DNA from: Hormiphora californensis
Lineage: Eukaryota; Animalia; Ctenophora
Reading direction: 5' to 3'
NCBI GenBank assembly: GCA_020137815.1
Contig: CM035351.1
Span: 6,200,001 to 6,264,000, forward strand
DNA: 64,000 nt
Position numbers and translations under genes: made by a program. This document shows, piece after piece, positions 1-33,888 of the stretch. Under the pieces are notes generated by a model. The model was not told the DNA's origin and searched no databases. It saw nothing but the letters and a program-made list of their open reading frames with translations. Numbering within the stretch: the stretch's first letter is position 1; every line of letters starts with the position of its first letter.

Positions 1-1110
1 CCACCCTCTCCTCCAACTCAGTCACCCTCCTACCCAGTTCCTCTAATTCATCCTCCCCAGCATCCTCTACCAACCGCATCAATTCATCCACCTCCCCATC
101 CCCTACCTTCCCAGCACCAAATTCCTTAAACATATCACCCTACTACTGAAATAAATTCAGGTAAGATCTTTTACTTTGGACTCTCCTCGGGGAGAAGTTC
201 TCCTCTCCTGGATCGGCTTTTGTCGGCTCCCCTCTTGCAACAGCCCTCTCGAGCTCTGTCACCCTCCTACCCAGTTCCTCTAGTTCGTCCTCCCCCGCCG
301 CCTCCACCAACCTCATTAATGCCTCCACCTGATCCTCCATCTACTCCTCCTCCTCGACCAACTTCCCCAATCACACCATCCACCCTTCACTGCCTAGTCC
401 CCCGGGGACGGAGGACGCCAAACGTGGAAGCATAGTGCTTCCGTTCACCATGCTCCCACCTCGTTCAACCTCCTCCATCCCCTCCTCCATTGCTTTCTTG
501 ATTGCCTCTATGTCCGTCTTTTTCTCCTCAGCTTCTTATAGAGGTTGGGGGAGAATGCCAATTATATCTCCTCTCCTGGGCCGGCTTTTGTCAGCTCCTC
601 TCCTGGAACAGCCCTCTCTAACTCCACCACCCTCCTCCCTAGCTCCTCTAAATCCTCCCCGCTCCACCAACCCTCATCAATACCTCCACCTCATCCTCCA
701 CTACCTTCAAAACCCCTATCTCCTCCTCCTCTTTCCCCATACTCCTCCTCTCTAACTCCTCCACCCTCCTTTCCAGCTCCTCCAAGTCCTCCGTTCTCGC
801 CTCCTCCACTAGCCTCATCAATACCTCTACCTCATTCTCCTCCACAACCCCTGGCCCTACTCCCCAAACTACAGCCTCCACCTCCTCTTCCACTAAACTC
901 CCCAATCCTGCCATCCACCCTCCACTGCCTAGTCCCCCGGGGACGGAGGACGCCAAACGTGGCATCAGGGTGCACCCTCTATGTCCGTCTTTTTCTCCTC
1001 AACTTCTTGTAGAGGATCCTCTTTTGTGAACCCTAACATAGAAGGTCGGCCCCCGCTGCGATGGTGCATCCGGTGAATGCGATTCTGCTGTTGAACAGAG
1101 TAGAAAACAT
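1..1110 (-). pseudogene. Degenerate tandem copies of the acidic coiled-coil protein family (paralogs of 2950..3525)
   Basis: ORFs 143..340 and 648..965, plus a frame running off base 1, repeat the motifs (M)PRLASSVPGGLG, EVxxLMRLVExAGxEDLEELxRRVxELER and EENFSPRxVxxKxSYLNL. Frames between the motifs are broken. Confidence 0.6.
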
Positions 1111-1279
1111 AGTTGATAACTGATCGTGAGCGGGGATCTGGCGGATGTGAAACGAATTACAATGCAACAAGAGAGTAATGAATAGGATTCTGTTCTGAAA
1201 CTTCTTAGTGCTCCTTCATAAAACCAGTAATGGCAAAGTACAAAGTTTCCCGTTTCCTTCCGGTGAAATATTCTTTTTA

Positions 1280-1496
1280 TGAGGCCATGATAGAACGGAT
1301 TGATGTTCTTTTCCGATAGTTCTTCTCCTCAGTCCTCTCCCTTTAAATCCTCCTCCGCCTCAGTCGTAGTTACCCCCAGCCACTTTCTTCTCTTCCTCCT
1401 TGTGTGTGGAGTAGGTCCACCAGGCGATGGCTGCACCAGTGGCGGCCGCCAAACCAGCTAAGAAAAGCTTGTTTTTGTAGAGTAAGAGAGTAATGA
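1280..1496 (-). pseudogene. Short paralog fragment (TM segment plus acidic tail) directly downstream of the retrotransposon insertion
   Basis: LFLAGLAAATGAAIAWWTYSTHKEEEKK resembles LIAGAAILAGASIGWWIYSKHVEEDQEEK of 2950..3525. Confidence 0.45.
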
Positions 1497-1510
1497 ATAG
1501 GATTCTGAAT

Positions 1511-2642
1511 TTTTTTTTTTTTTGGGGGGAAAAATTATTAAAAAGGAATAACAATCAAATTTATGTCTTCTTCCTCTACAGATAGAGCAGGTTATAGTCC
1601 ACACTGTCATCAACTCGACAAGGACGCCTTCCTCGGTATCCTCTCAGACTGATGATGGTCGTCTTCAACAGGCAAAATGCTAGCCTTTGTCTGATGTATC
1701 GAATAGTATCAGCATAGGTGTTTTTGTTTCGGGTACTGAGACTTTTTGCAATTTGTTTGTACAGTCTATCCGCGTCATCACCCATTGCACCAGAAGTGGA
1801 GAATACTACAGGTGTGAAGGTGGCCTTCTCAACCTGAATTACCCGGTCCATATAGTTCCTCTTCTTTTCCTCCTCGTGTCTCCTCAACGTTTTCTCCACT
1901 GGTTTTGACCTGTTCGATGGAGCTCTTGAATTGAACACTCTGATGTCAAGGAAACATTTTTCTAAGGGATTGTCCCATATTCCAAGTGCAGCCACATCCA
2001 ACCTGGCATCATTTGCTGTAATCGCTGTCTTGTGGTCGAATTCTTCTCCGGTGATAGGCAGAAGTCGGGGCTCGGTTGTCACATCCTTGCAACCTGCTTC
2101 CTCAAGCAAGTTTGCAGTCAAATCACGGATCTGATTGTGCCTCATGTGGACATATCCACCTTTAGGACAAGTAAGGCAGTGTTCGATCCCATTAATCTGC
2201 CCACAGGCACATCTGTTTGGGACACCTGGGATTGGGAAACTGTATCGGAGAGCAAGAGAGTCTCTAAACTCCTGCTTATTTAAGGTGAATCCGTGCTCTG
2301 ACAAGGGAAGGGAAGTTAGCCATGTAGATGCTCCTCTCTTACAGTGTTCCTCATGTAGTCTCAGTTGATTTGGTGTCATCTGTTTCCTCAACTCCTCCAT
2401 CACTTCTGTGGATGCAGTACGTTTTTGGGATGTTATTTTCTCTCGTGCCTTTCGCAACTCAGCTTCAACTTGTTCGCCTCTTGAACTATCAATACTTATT
2501 TTCTGTTCTGTGATCAGTTGTGTGAGGGGAAAAGTAGCAATGCGGGATCTTTCGTATTCAGCATCAGCCTGAATTGTGGGATTATCGATACCCAAACCAC
2601 CGTTCCTCGCCGGGAGTCTGAACACATCCCTGAGAAACTCAG
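1511..2642 (-). mobile_element. 5'-truncated CRE-like non-LTR retrotransposon (RT thumb, zinc knuckle, restriction-like endonuclease)
   Basis: ORF 1576..2625: LPARNGGLGI (end of RT), CACG...HCLTC zinc knuckle, RHNQIRD, ARLDV...FLDIRV...EEEKKRNY (RLE). Poly(T) at 1510..1523 is the poly(A) tail. Identical ATAGGATTCTGAAT at 1497..1510 and 2643..2656 is the TSD. Confidence 0.85.
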
Positions 2643-2949
2643 ATAGGATTCTGAATAGGATTTATAATGTCATGTTATACAACATCTCGCAAAAATTCTG
2701 TTCTGAAACTACTTAGTGCTCCTTCATAAAACAAGTTATGACAAAGTACAAAGTTTCCCGTTTCCTTCCGGTACAACATTATGGAAAACTCAGAACTGAG
2801 GAAAACACGTAAAATATTCCATTTGATTAGGCCAAGTTAGAATAGTTCGATATGCTCGTCCGATACATGCATCTTTGTTAGGTAATGGTGAAGAATTAAA
2901 ACAGCGTTCTTTTACAATTTACAATTTAAAATAAAATCTTCATTAAAAT

Positions 2950-3525
2950 CTATAAGTTCAGGTAAGATTTTTTATTCTTAACGCTCCTCGGGGAGAAGTT
3001 CTCCTCCCCTCCTCTCTTGTCCTTATCCTCAGCAGCCCTCTCTAATTCTGCCACCCGCCTCTCCAGTTCCTCCAAGTCCTCTGCTCCCGCCGCCTCAATT
3101 AACCTCATTAAGGCATCTACCTCATCATCCCTCCCCTCCACTACCTTCTCCACTACCCCTATCTCCTCCTCGTCGTCTTCCTCCTCCTCTTCCTCTAAAC
3201 ACCCTAGACCCGCGATCCACCCAGAACTACCAAGTCCCCCGGGGACGGAGGACGCCAAACGTGGAAGCATAGTGCTTCCACGTTCAACATCCTCCATCCC
3301 CTCCTCTTCCTCATGTCCCTCCATCCCCTCCGACTCCTCAACCCAAACTACCTGCAGCCCCTGCTCCACCTCCTCCTCTTCTTTATCCTCCTCGGAGGTC
3401 AGTCCCTCCTCCTTGACCTTCTCCTCTTGATCCTCCTCCACATGTTTGGAGTAGATCCACCATCCGATTGAGGCACCGGCTAAAATAGCGGCTCCAGCTA
3501 TAAGTCGGGTTTTCATTGAAAACAT
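2950..3525 (-). CDS. Intronless acidic protein with N-terminal TM/signal anchor and C-terminal coiled coil, unknown family
   Basis: 191-aa ORF with hydrophobic N-terminus followed by WW, a Glu-rich body, and motifs shared with the downstream copies; TATA-like element upstream. Confidence 0.6.
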   Translation of the reverse strand: MFSMKTRLIAGAAILAGASIGWWIYSKHVEEDQEEKVKEEGLTSEEDKEEEEVEQGLQVVWVEESEGMEGHEEEEGMEDVERGSTMLPRLASSVPGGLGSSGWIAGLGCLEEEEEEDDEEEIGVVEKVVEGRDDEVDALMRLIEAAGAEDLEELERRVAELERAAEDKDKRGGEENFSPRSVKNKKSYLNL

Positions 3526-3607
3526 GGCAAACTTTCAGAGAACTTGAGAGAACTTGAAGATATTGTAGTCGATGCACGTGCAGACAATGCCAGATTATCG
3601 GGCTTTC

Positions 3608-3615
3608 CTTTTATA
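3608..3615 (-). promoter_or_regulatory. Candidate TATA box
   Basis: TATAAAAG in GC-rich context on the - strand, about 85 bp upstream of the ATG at 3525. Confidence 0.35.
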
Positions 3616-3799
3616 CCCCCTGGAGGGTCCTAGAGCTGCACGTGCAAACTGAACTGGTTACCAAGCACCACGGGAAGTACCTCACTGCATTGGGCTATCC
3701 TACCCGGTCTACCTCTTAGGGCAGGGTACACTGTTTTGGAAATCAAACATGAAAATCGTGAATATTGGACAAATTTTCGAAAATAGGAGGGTATCTAAC

Positions 3800-5183
3800 C
3801 TGTTTGCAGTGTAGAGTTTGTTGTATGAGAAGTCAGCAGGGGCTGATTGGGGCCTCAGTTGTGATCTGTAGAGGGGTGCTGATCTCCTTGGGCTGGCAGC
3901 AGCTGTAGGTGCAGGGGGTGGGACACTGGTAGTCACACCTTTAGGTTGGGGAAACGTCGGGGGTACTGACGGTCTGAACAGGGAGAGAACAAGATTAGCA
4001 AGGGAAGTGAGAGTAGAGGACCGCGGTTTTACCTCTGTTTTCTATAAGATTTATTGGTTATTTGCTCAAGGACCTCAGATATTGGCGTCAAAACAGTAAA
4101 TTCTCTCCCTCTGGACATGATACAGCTAACATGCTTTGGATTCTTTCAGTATGAACTTCAAAAAAACAACAGAAGCTTTAGTTTTACATGCCCCCTCTCT
4201 TTCGATTAAAAACAAGTACAATTTGTTGTTCAGCCTGTGGGACTCGGTGCGATTTACATGCAAAGACTAGGAACACACGCTTTTTAACCACAGAAACAGC
4301 TCACGAACTGCAGTTCAGAGCTAATTGAAAAAAGGAGCATGTCATTTCTCTCTCTTTTCTCTCTCTTTCTCTCTTTCTGTTTAACATCTGGAGGAGGGCT
4401 CACAACTGCACACTAAAATTATTTGATAGAGTCGATACAGAGCACCACAACTAATAGGAGACCACCACTACTGCGACTAAATGACCACATTGTGTGAAAT
4501 TTGATAAGTCTGGAGGTTCTCCAATTTCCAAGACTTTCCCCACAAAAAGTGAAATTGCTACTTGCGAGGAACACATGGTAACCATGGTAACAAGTAGAAG
4601 TAAAACCTACCCGTTTCCATGGTATTGTGATCCGTGAACCCCACTAGCCCGGGTTGATTGTTTCTGTAGGCGGGGTACCGCTGTTGTCGCTCTATCTTTC
4701 CCTCTCCATTTCCTTACAGTAGAGTGTAGCGGGGAATGTGGTGGGAACGGTCTCTAGAAGGGGAGAAACATTATTGAAGAACACTCTGTACTCAGTTTAT
4801 CGGATTCATTACTCACTCCTCCTTCTCGTTACAAGAACCTCAAGATTGCTGAGTAAGGGGTCTCCAGTGGAGACTCTCCACCCCTTACTCAACTAATAAC
4901 CTCTTATCTGAATTACCTTAGTTTTAAAGACCTCCCTGTAAAGACTGTACAAGTTGTATTTGTTCTCTGTATCTGACACACACGTGTTATCAGGGTTCTT
5001 GAACGTCTCGTACAGCTCGTACAGCCTCAACAACTTGTCCCTGGCATCTTTAGAGTTCAGACCTGCTTCTCTAACTATCTTTAGTTGATCCTTCTCAAGC
5101 TCCTCCCGCAGTACGAGTCTCTTCAGTTCTCGTTCCAGGGCCGTCATGGGGTGTCCCACCAAAACTGGGCCCTCCCTGAGCTC
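3800..5183 (-). CDS. Partial multi-exon gene of unknown product
   Basis: AG/GT-bounded open exons at 4917..5183 (ELREGPVLVGHPMTALERELKRL...FKTK, 267 nt), ~4611..4753 and ~3800..3974 (Pro-rich, RPQSAP motif). Start and stop not located. Confidence 0.4.
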
Positions 5184-6797
5184 CTAGATACCAGGCGGGA
5201 TGATAAAATGAGAAATCACAAAGATAGAGAGAGATCAAAGTATGAGGGGTCCATTTCTCATTTCGAGCATATAATGAAGTTGAAAGATGACGCCGCAGAG
5301 AAAACAAGATACAGAAATTGAGAGGAGCTAGAGAGAGAGAGAGAGGGGGAGATAGAGAGAGGGAGAGAGAGAGAAAGATAGAGAAATAACGAGAGAGAAT
5401 CATAGAGAGAGGAGAGAAGTGTGTGTGTCTGAATGTTCATAAGCAGCATGCTGTCACTAAAATTATGGAGATATTGCTGCAGCAAGAAGCTGCTAAAGCT
5501 GTTAAACACACCTACCATTGTACTCTTTCACTAGCTCTTTCACTAGCACAGCAGTATAGCAGTAGCAGTGACGTTGTTCCTGCTCAAGTCATGTCGTAGT
5601 GTCACCTGGGTTCATATAACATCCTGAAGGAAGGAGTTAGTTCCTATAACAGAACAGGTATACAGTAGCAGGTTGGTAAGCTGTAGATATCAGGGAACTA
5701 ATGTAAGGATCGCAATAGAACACGTTATATCAGATCACTTCGAGGTAATGTCCTAAGTAAAGCAATATAGGTCATCAGATTGCAACACTCTCTAGCAGAG
5801 AGAGAGCGACTACACAAGTCTAAAGTACCTATATAATGCATTGTGCGGATCCAAGTCACACACGAGCACACAACAAGCCCTCTCTTCAAAGAGCCCGCAA
5901 TTACGTTAACCGCTTGTCGCGTTCTGATCGGTAAAATAGAGGGGTCGTGCATACAAACTATAATAAGGTTATCGTGGTAACTGAGAGAGAGAAAGAGGGA
6001 GAGAGAGAAGGATGACCTTGGGTCTCTTTGGTTGTCATGGCAACTTGAGGGAGACCCACATACTCTCACAAACTGGCTCAGTAACATAATATCCGATTTA
6101 ATAGAAGGTGTGTGTAAACTAAAATGCATTTTTATGCAGGTTTACATCCGATTCTTGCAAGTTAAAAACTAGAGAAACAACAGAAAGCAGAGAGATAGAG
6201 ATGAATAAACAGCAGAGAGAGAGAAAAGTAAGTGGTAACTGAGCTGAGAAAGCAAAAAGTTGACAAACAACTGCATGAGAACAAAAAGTGATGATCCTAC
6301 TGTGCACTACTAACTAGTAGGAGGAGGAGAGAAAGAGAGGGGGCATAGTGGGAGAAATTAAAAAGATAGCTGGTAATGAAGAGACTTAATGATAAAAGAA
6401 ATGAATGAAGAGAAGGGATAGTCATCAAAGAAGTAACCATCATTTATTAAACAACCCCCCTGCGACTCAATACTCACACCGCATTTTATTCGGTAGATCA
6501 ATCAAGTTCAACAAGACCTAAATACAGATCGTGCACTAGTTTTGTTTACACCTAGCTCCTATTAGGATGATCGACTATAAACGATGGCTTAGCAAGGTCC
6601 AATTATATGTAGCGGACTCTCAAAATAACACGGCCATGAGTGCTTGTCATACTTAGCTTGTGACATGTATAAAGTAGTGCTGCAACACAAGGGTTGTGTG
6701 ACTGTAGTATATCAACAGCGCACCTGTTATAGTACTATTGTTAGATGAGATGATGTGGGAGATAGGTAGAAGATGACCCCCACAGAGATGGGAACCG

Positions 6798-7010
<213 letters not shown>

Positions 7011-7440
7011 ATACTGTACTGAAGAATAATGCAGATGATATTTATGACATCAGAATTGTTTTCTATTGTAACAAGCATATATCTGTTGCAATAAGATGTG
7101 TTCAGGGTTGAGTAAGAATTGATATCCTGACAGAGTGACAGATTTACAGAATGAAGCAACTGTATCGTATTCTTCATTTGTCAAATCCGGGGTATCATGG
7201 CCATACTCAACAACTGCAGTTGATTTGAGTGTCTCGGGCACAAACAGGGGGGGGTGATGTCACGATAGTTTAGTAGGGCAGACTCTTTATACTCTCTTTG
7301 TACCTCTCTCCCTATATAGTCTATACTTTACCAGCCCTCTGTCTATGAGTATATCAACAGAAGAAGCTAGTGATGTGGCTATAGGATGTGCGATTGGCTG
7401 TGGGATATAGTGATTAGTTATCGTGCACGATCCGCAACAC

Positions 7441-7610
<170 letters not shown>

Positions 7611-8331
7611 CCGCTATCCACTAATGAGATAGATCCTTTGCACTGCGGCAAGCATGGGAAACGGTGTCCGCAAAGACCGATCTTGAAGGACGTGAAATTG
7701 GTATTGGCAATCATTGCTGAGGGTTTTGGTCTAACCGCGGACACTTACCGCCCAATTTGGGCCATTTTATTCCGGCCATCCGATACCACCCAATCCCATA
7801 AACAAATTAGAAAAGTCGTGGGTTTTTGGGTTTCAGGAAAAACATAAAATCAAATACTCACACAGTACACATACTTATTACAAACAGTCTCTTCACAGAT
7901 CACTAAAAGGGTTTCAACATTCAGCAATAAACTACTGAAAATGATAGCCCCTCACTGTAATGCAGTAGGTGTATAAATCATATTTCTGAGCAATAATTTC
8001 AGTGTTGTAATTTTGATTTTGCGGTAATATATCTGCTAATAATAACACACATTTTACAGCTCTCTCTCTCTCTCTCTCTCTCATAAATCACGTCAATTAA
8101 TCACGTCATTATTCGAGACACACACACACAACACTAAACTAAAAAACTCTTTACAAATTTGCAACAAAGTAAAAGTAAAACAAAAACAGAGTTAATAATA
8201 ACTGTCTGCTAATCAATATAATAACTGGTAGAAATTGTCCGTTGCCCTTCTTTATCTGTCTCTGATAATTCCCCCGCTCGAGTACCAGATTGCTTCCATC
8301 TCAGTTGGGGGTTCTAAATCGCTAATATCCT

Positions 8332-29266
<20,935 letters not shown>

Positions 29267-29887
29267 CGCATTGTTTCGCCCCTAAACACCGGGAAGTTAG
29301 TTTAGTAAGATTATTCATAACATTCCTGGACTCACGATGATATCATTTAGTTATCGGTAGTACTATTAGCTAGTAGCTGCAGGAGGGGTTGAAGAATTTA
29401 CAAATGAATTCATTTCAATATTTCGAAAACTGTACAAACATCAAAATAGCTGTTCTAAAGGTCGAAGGAATATTCTAATTGAACATAAAACAGAACAGGG
29501 GCTCCAATATTGGAGAGAACTCCCGCCAAAACAGGAATTCCTTGATTTTAAATTTTGGAACTTGTGACTTCCTTCACAGTTTCACAATTCTTGATTTAAA
29601 AGTTAAGATAAAGGTCGCGCGCATCATTTTCCCAAATGTGCGCAGAACTTTTTTGCGCGTGTAAGTGTTGCACTAAATGCTGAAATTTGTACTTTAACCA
29701 TTACTAAAGCGCGCGTCGCGACTAGCACGACTCATTGAATTTGATTTTGATTTTGAACGTTCAAATGAATACTGAAACAATATCATGTACCCACAAGAAC
29801 GAGGCAGGCTCACCGAATGAGCGCTTACACCGCGGAAACACTCTAAATCAAATAATATTGTATAGAAATTAATATGAATTGTCTGTC

Positions 29888-30856
29888 TCATTTTTTCTCA
29901 TCTCTTCTAATCACACTACCTCTCACAATACCCCACTTAACGTGTGGCTCAGTCTCTCTCTGCTGCTTCAACTTAGAAACGAGTCTCTTTCTCTCACTTC
30001 TCTCTTCAACAGTCCTGTCTGGACAAATGTAAACATCTTCCATTCCCTCCACTTCCCTCAGCATCCCAGACCTTGCCAGAATGGAGCGTACCATATCTCG
30101 GTTGTGAAGTACCACCTTGACAGGCCGCTTCTTCCCTTCCTTCTTCTCGCCAAGCCTCCTACAGCTTACCAGTTTCGGCTTCTCGTTTGTGTGTTCCAAA
30201 ACATTCAGAACAACATCCTCAGTCTTCTCCTCTCCAACAGACTCCTCCAACCCGTAGAAAATCAGGTTGCTGGACCTGTCCTCCACACTGGACGCCTTCA
30301 CCATGGCTGCTTGTAGCTTCCTAGGAGCAAGCGAGGCAGTGCAGCTCTTCTTCACAACTGCTGCATAGCCCTTCAGTTCTTCTTTGACAGAAGACATCGT
30401 CTCTTCAATCTTCTTGCTCTTCTCAGAGAGGAGCGAGCCCTGGAGAGTTATCACCGTCTCTTGACAAGATAACAACGCTTCCTGAGACTTAATAACGGTT
30501 TCTTGCATGGAGTTGATCTTCCCTGTGACCTCTTCCAGCTTGTTCTCTGTTTCCTCCAGCTTTTGTGTCGTATCTTTGAACAACTTAGCGTCCACTTCCA
30601 CAACATATGGCAGGACCACCATGTGACAAAACCAAGCATAATTCTGGATCATATTTATCAACTCAGGCTTATTCTTCGTGTTGAGTTTAGCTGCAGTAAC
30701 TCTTGATGAATCAAAATTGTTACCGTGGCTCTGGCACGCAGCATCATTTAGCAGACACTCTACTGCCTTCATCACACTCGCTGAGGGACATGCTTCATCT
30801 GTCAGTCCATTACTCTCACACCACTGTGTGAAAGCATTGCTGTGCTTCTCCATCAA
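29888..30856 (-). mobile_element. Solo LINE ORF1-like protein (coiled coil plus RRM-like), no ORF2
   Basis: RSSNLIFYGLEE, RRLGEKKEGKKRPVKV, VYICPDRTVEER motifs; no RT follows. Confidence 0.7.
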
Positions 30857-31369
30857 AGCAGAGTGTGTACAAAAATCACCGTTACAAACGGTGCAGGTCA
30901 GGAGCTCAGATAATCAAACAAAATCGATAAGAAGTAGGAAGTTTTTTTTTGTGTCAGAGTTCCCGGGACAGATGCTTGTCATCTCGAATGCAGTGTGACA
31001 TGTTTTTAAGTATTGTCAGTGAAAGGCCCATTTGAGCACAACATGTCCCAATATCAATAATTAGTTAGGTGTGCTATTAATGGCTGTGTGTCCACTTCAG
31101 TGGCGGCAGTAATAGTATCACAGCAAAGATCGGTTGCCATGGTTACCATTTAGACTACTACACACTACTGCTGCCGGACACACATACATTCTGTAAGAAA
31201 ACTCTCAATTTCAGGGGGTTTCGGGATAAATGGATCGGAGTAAAATCACATAATTTCTGACATAACAAAATAAACATCTTAATTTCCCATACACACACAT
31301 GCAGTACATGATATCCATATTGTATAAAGTCTCTCATTAGGTTTCTCTATTAGTGAGATGTACCGCCCC

Positions 31370-31959
31370 TTAGAACAGCTTGAAATCTTTGTTCGTCTTA
31401 CTCATCTCGTCCACAAAACTAATAGGGGGGGAGGGTGAGGATAACTGGGAGAGAAAGGAATAGAGAAAGTACTAAAGTAGACAGCACAACTGCACGTGTT
31501 ATTATTGAAACAGATCCACTGCTTGACTAAAAACAACCACAATAACTCTATCACAAAGCTGACCTTGTCATTTCACTGTTGACATGTGCGTGACGGGCAG
31601 ACCGGGCCCACTGGGGAGGGCTGTTTCCCTCTTTCTGCCACCACCCATAGTCGTTAGAGGTAGACACGGGGTTCCTGTGCAGATCAATAGGTCCTAGAGA
31701 GAGAGAGGTTGAGAAATTAGGAAATAACAAAAAACATAAATTATATATCCCGGGTTTTTACGAGCTAAATGCAAAGTGACACAGATAAACCCACCCCTGC
31801 CCATCCCCCGTTCACTCTCCCACCTTTGTCGTTACGGGTGTGTTTAGTTTTCAGAGCAGTGAACCGGGCATGAGATCTCTCTACTGGAGCTGAGGGCTCC
31901 TTGAGGCTCTGTGCTATGGTGTTCTCGTATCCAGTGTGGGTCAAGTTGAAGAAAGACAT
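31370..31959 (-). CDS. TEX49: TEX49/SPMIP11-like axonemal microtubule inner protein, 3 exons
   Basis: MSFFNLTHTGYEN (~31824..31959); PIDLHRNPVSTSNDYGWW...RHAHVNSEMT (~31564..31693); FVDEMSKTNKDFKLF* (31370..~31419). Matches family termini as I recall them. Confidence 0.7.
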
Positions 31960-32289
31960 GGTGGTGTGCTAGAAAGGGATTTAGGGAGGTCAAGGGGGTT
32001 ATTGCTTGGTAGTAGTGGTAGTTTGATCAGCTGTAGGGTTAGTTGGTGGTGTGGTCATTATGGGGATAGGGTGACTGGGCGATGCCGTGAGGGAGGGTGG
32101 AACCGAAAACACACAGTTTTTTTCTAAGAGAATTTACAATATAATTTACATAATTACACAACTCTAAAATGTTACAAATCAATTATTATACACGCTAAAC
32201 ACTATTAAAATATGAACTCCTTCCAAACTTACACAATTTTCTAGGTATCAAACCATCTCTATTTCTGATTTTCAATTCTCCTCCTCCCC

Positions 32290-33612
32290 TCATTTCATGC
32301 ACTGTTTCTGGTGCACAACAAGGGACCTAACAGTGAACTGTTTTCCACAGTTGATACAAGGTACAAATCTCCCCGTCACCACTTTCCCGGCCACTTGAGT
32401 TGGAGAAGAGAGCCCTCCCCCACCGTTAGTACGACTATCCTGCCTCCCTCCTCCCTCTACACTGGGTGGGATGGTCTGGGATCTCACCAGATCGGTCCTC
32501 TCACAATAGTTATAATAGTGGGTGTTAACCTTGCTTTTCAATACCACCATCCCACAAACTAGACAGTTCATCAGCAGGTTGGGATCGACACCCTGTACCA
32601 GATCTATCACTACCTCCTCAGTAGTGCCCGTATCCTGGAGACTGGAGGTGATCAGGGCAGGATTGTTGTTTCTATTGTACCGCTTGTATGGTGGGGAGGG
32701 GTCAGGAGAGGGGGTAGCGGATGGAGGGGTTTGGGATGACGGCTGCTGCTGGCGGGGTGGGCTAGGTTGTTGTTTAGGTATTGGTGGGATGGGCTGGACA
32801 GCTTTAGGAGGCGATGATTTGGGAGGTTTTCCTGGTGAAGCCTTCTTTGGACTAACTTTCTTGGCCACTGCAGGTGGGGGTGGTGATGGTTCATACCCTC
32901 CGTCCACCTCCTCTCTAGGACGGGACTTGCAACTTTTGATATGGACATTCAGAGAGTTGTGAGAGAAGGCCTTTCCACAGAACTGGCAGGGTAACATTTG
33001 GAGGGGACAACCCTTGGGTGGGGCTGTTTTAGGAGGACCAGATGGACCTGCAGTACTGGCTCTCAATACATTAGTTGACCCCACACCACCACCACCAGTA
33101 CTAGGTGGGACCCTGTTGAACTGTTCAGCGATGGTTATCCGTTGTGATTTGGTTAGTGTCCGGGTCGAGAATGTCTCCTCTCGTCTCATATCAGGAGTAA
33201 CTTCAACCTGCTCCCCTCCCTTAACAACAATCCTCTGTCCATACATCCCACTACCACTCTTCAGTGCCTGGGCAGGGGTCATCTTCAGTTTGGTACAGAC
33301 CCTCTCGTGGGCTTCTATCCGAGCAGGGAGGAAGGATCGGGAGCAGTTAGAACATTTCACCAAGTTTTCTGTGGCTGCTTGGTTGGAAGCCTGGTTCATT
33401 TTCTCGATCTGGGCAGCCCTCTGGGCAGGATCATTACTAATTGGCTCGTTAAATTCCACAGGTTTGACTGGTCGGGGTTGGCGCTTGTTTTTAGGCAGTG
33501 CATTGTTCATACTCTCCCATTTTTTGATACACTGTGGTTCGTGGATACCAATACTCCGGGATCCAAACTCTCTGCCGCAAATGTAGCAGATTATCAATTT
33601 AGGTGGTGGCAT
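32290..33612 (-). CDS. ZNF474: ZNF474-like C2HC zinc-finger protein (intronless)
   Basis: CYICGREFGSRSIGIHEPQCIKKW is the signature motif; four further CxxC...HxxxC-type fingers. Confidence 0.75.
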   Translation of the reverse strand: MPPPKLIICYICGREFGSRSIGIHEPQCIKKWESMNNALPKNKRQPRPVKPVEFNEPISNDPAQRAAQIEKMNQASNQAATENLVKCSNCSRSFLPARIEAHERVCTKLKMTPAQALKSGSGMYGQRIVVKGGEQVEVTPDMRREETFSTRTLTKSQRITIAEQFNRVPPSTGGGGVGSTNVLRASTAGPSGPPKTAPPKGCPLQMLPCQFCGKAFSHNSLNVHIKSCKSRPREEVDGGYEPSPPPPAVAKKVSPKKASPGKPPKSSPPKAVQPIPPIPKQQPSPPRQQQPSSQTPPSATPSPDPSPPYKRYNRNNNPALITSSLQDTGTTEEVVIDLVQGVDPNLLMNCLVCGMVVLKSKVNTHYYNYCERTDLVRSQTIPPSVEGGGRQDSRTNGGGGLSSPTQVAGKVVTGRFVPCINCGKQFTVRSLVVHQKQCMK

Positions 33613-33888
33613 TCTGGATCTGCTACTAAAATGGAGGGAGAGAGATTTAGGATATGTACATTTAGGACACTTAGGACATCATGAAACGAGAACAAACGCA
33701 ATTGAAGATCAGAATTTATAAAACAACATCAATCACACGTTCACATTTTACACAATTACACAACACCTGCCCTACGGATCAGGGGGCACCAAACAGATTC
33801 AATCTCTGGTTACTAAAGATCTGGAGAGCTCTCATTTCTTGGCCTCATTTATTTATCAATGTTTCTGAAAGAAAGGACCCTAACATTG

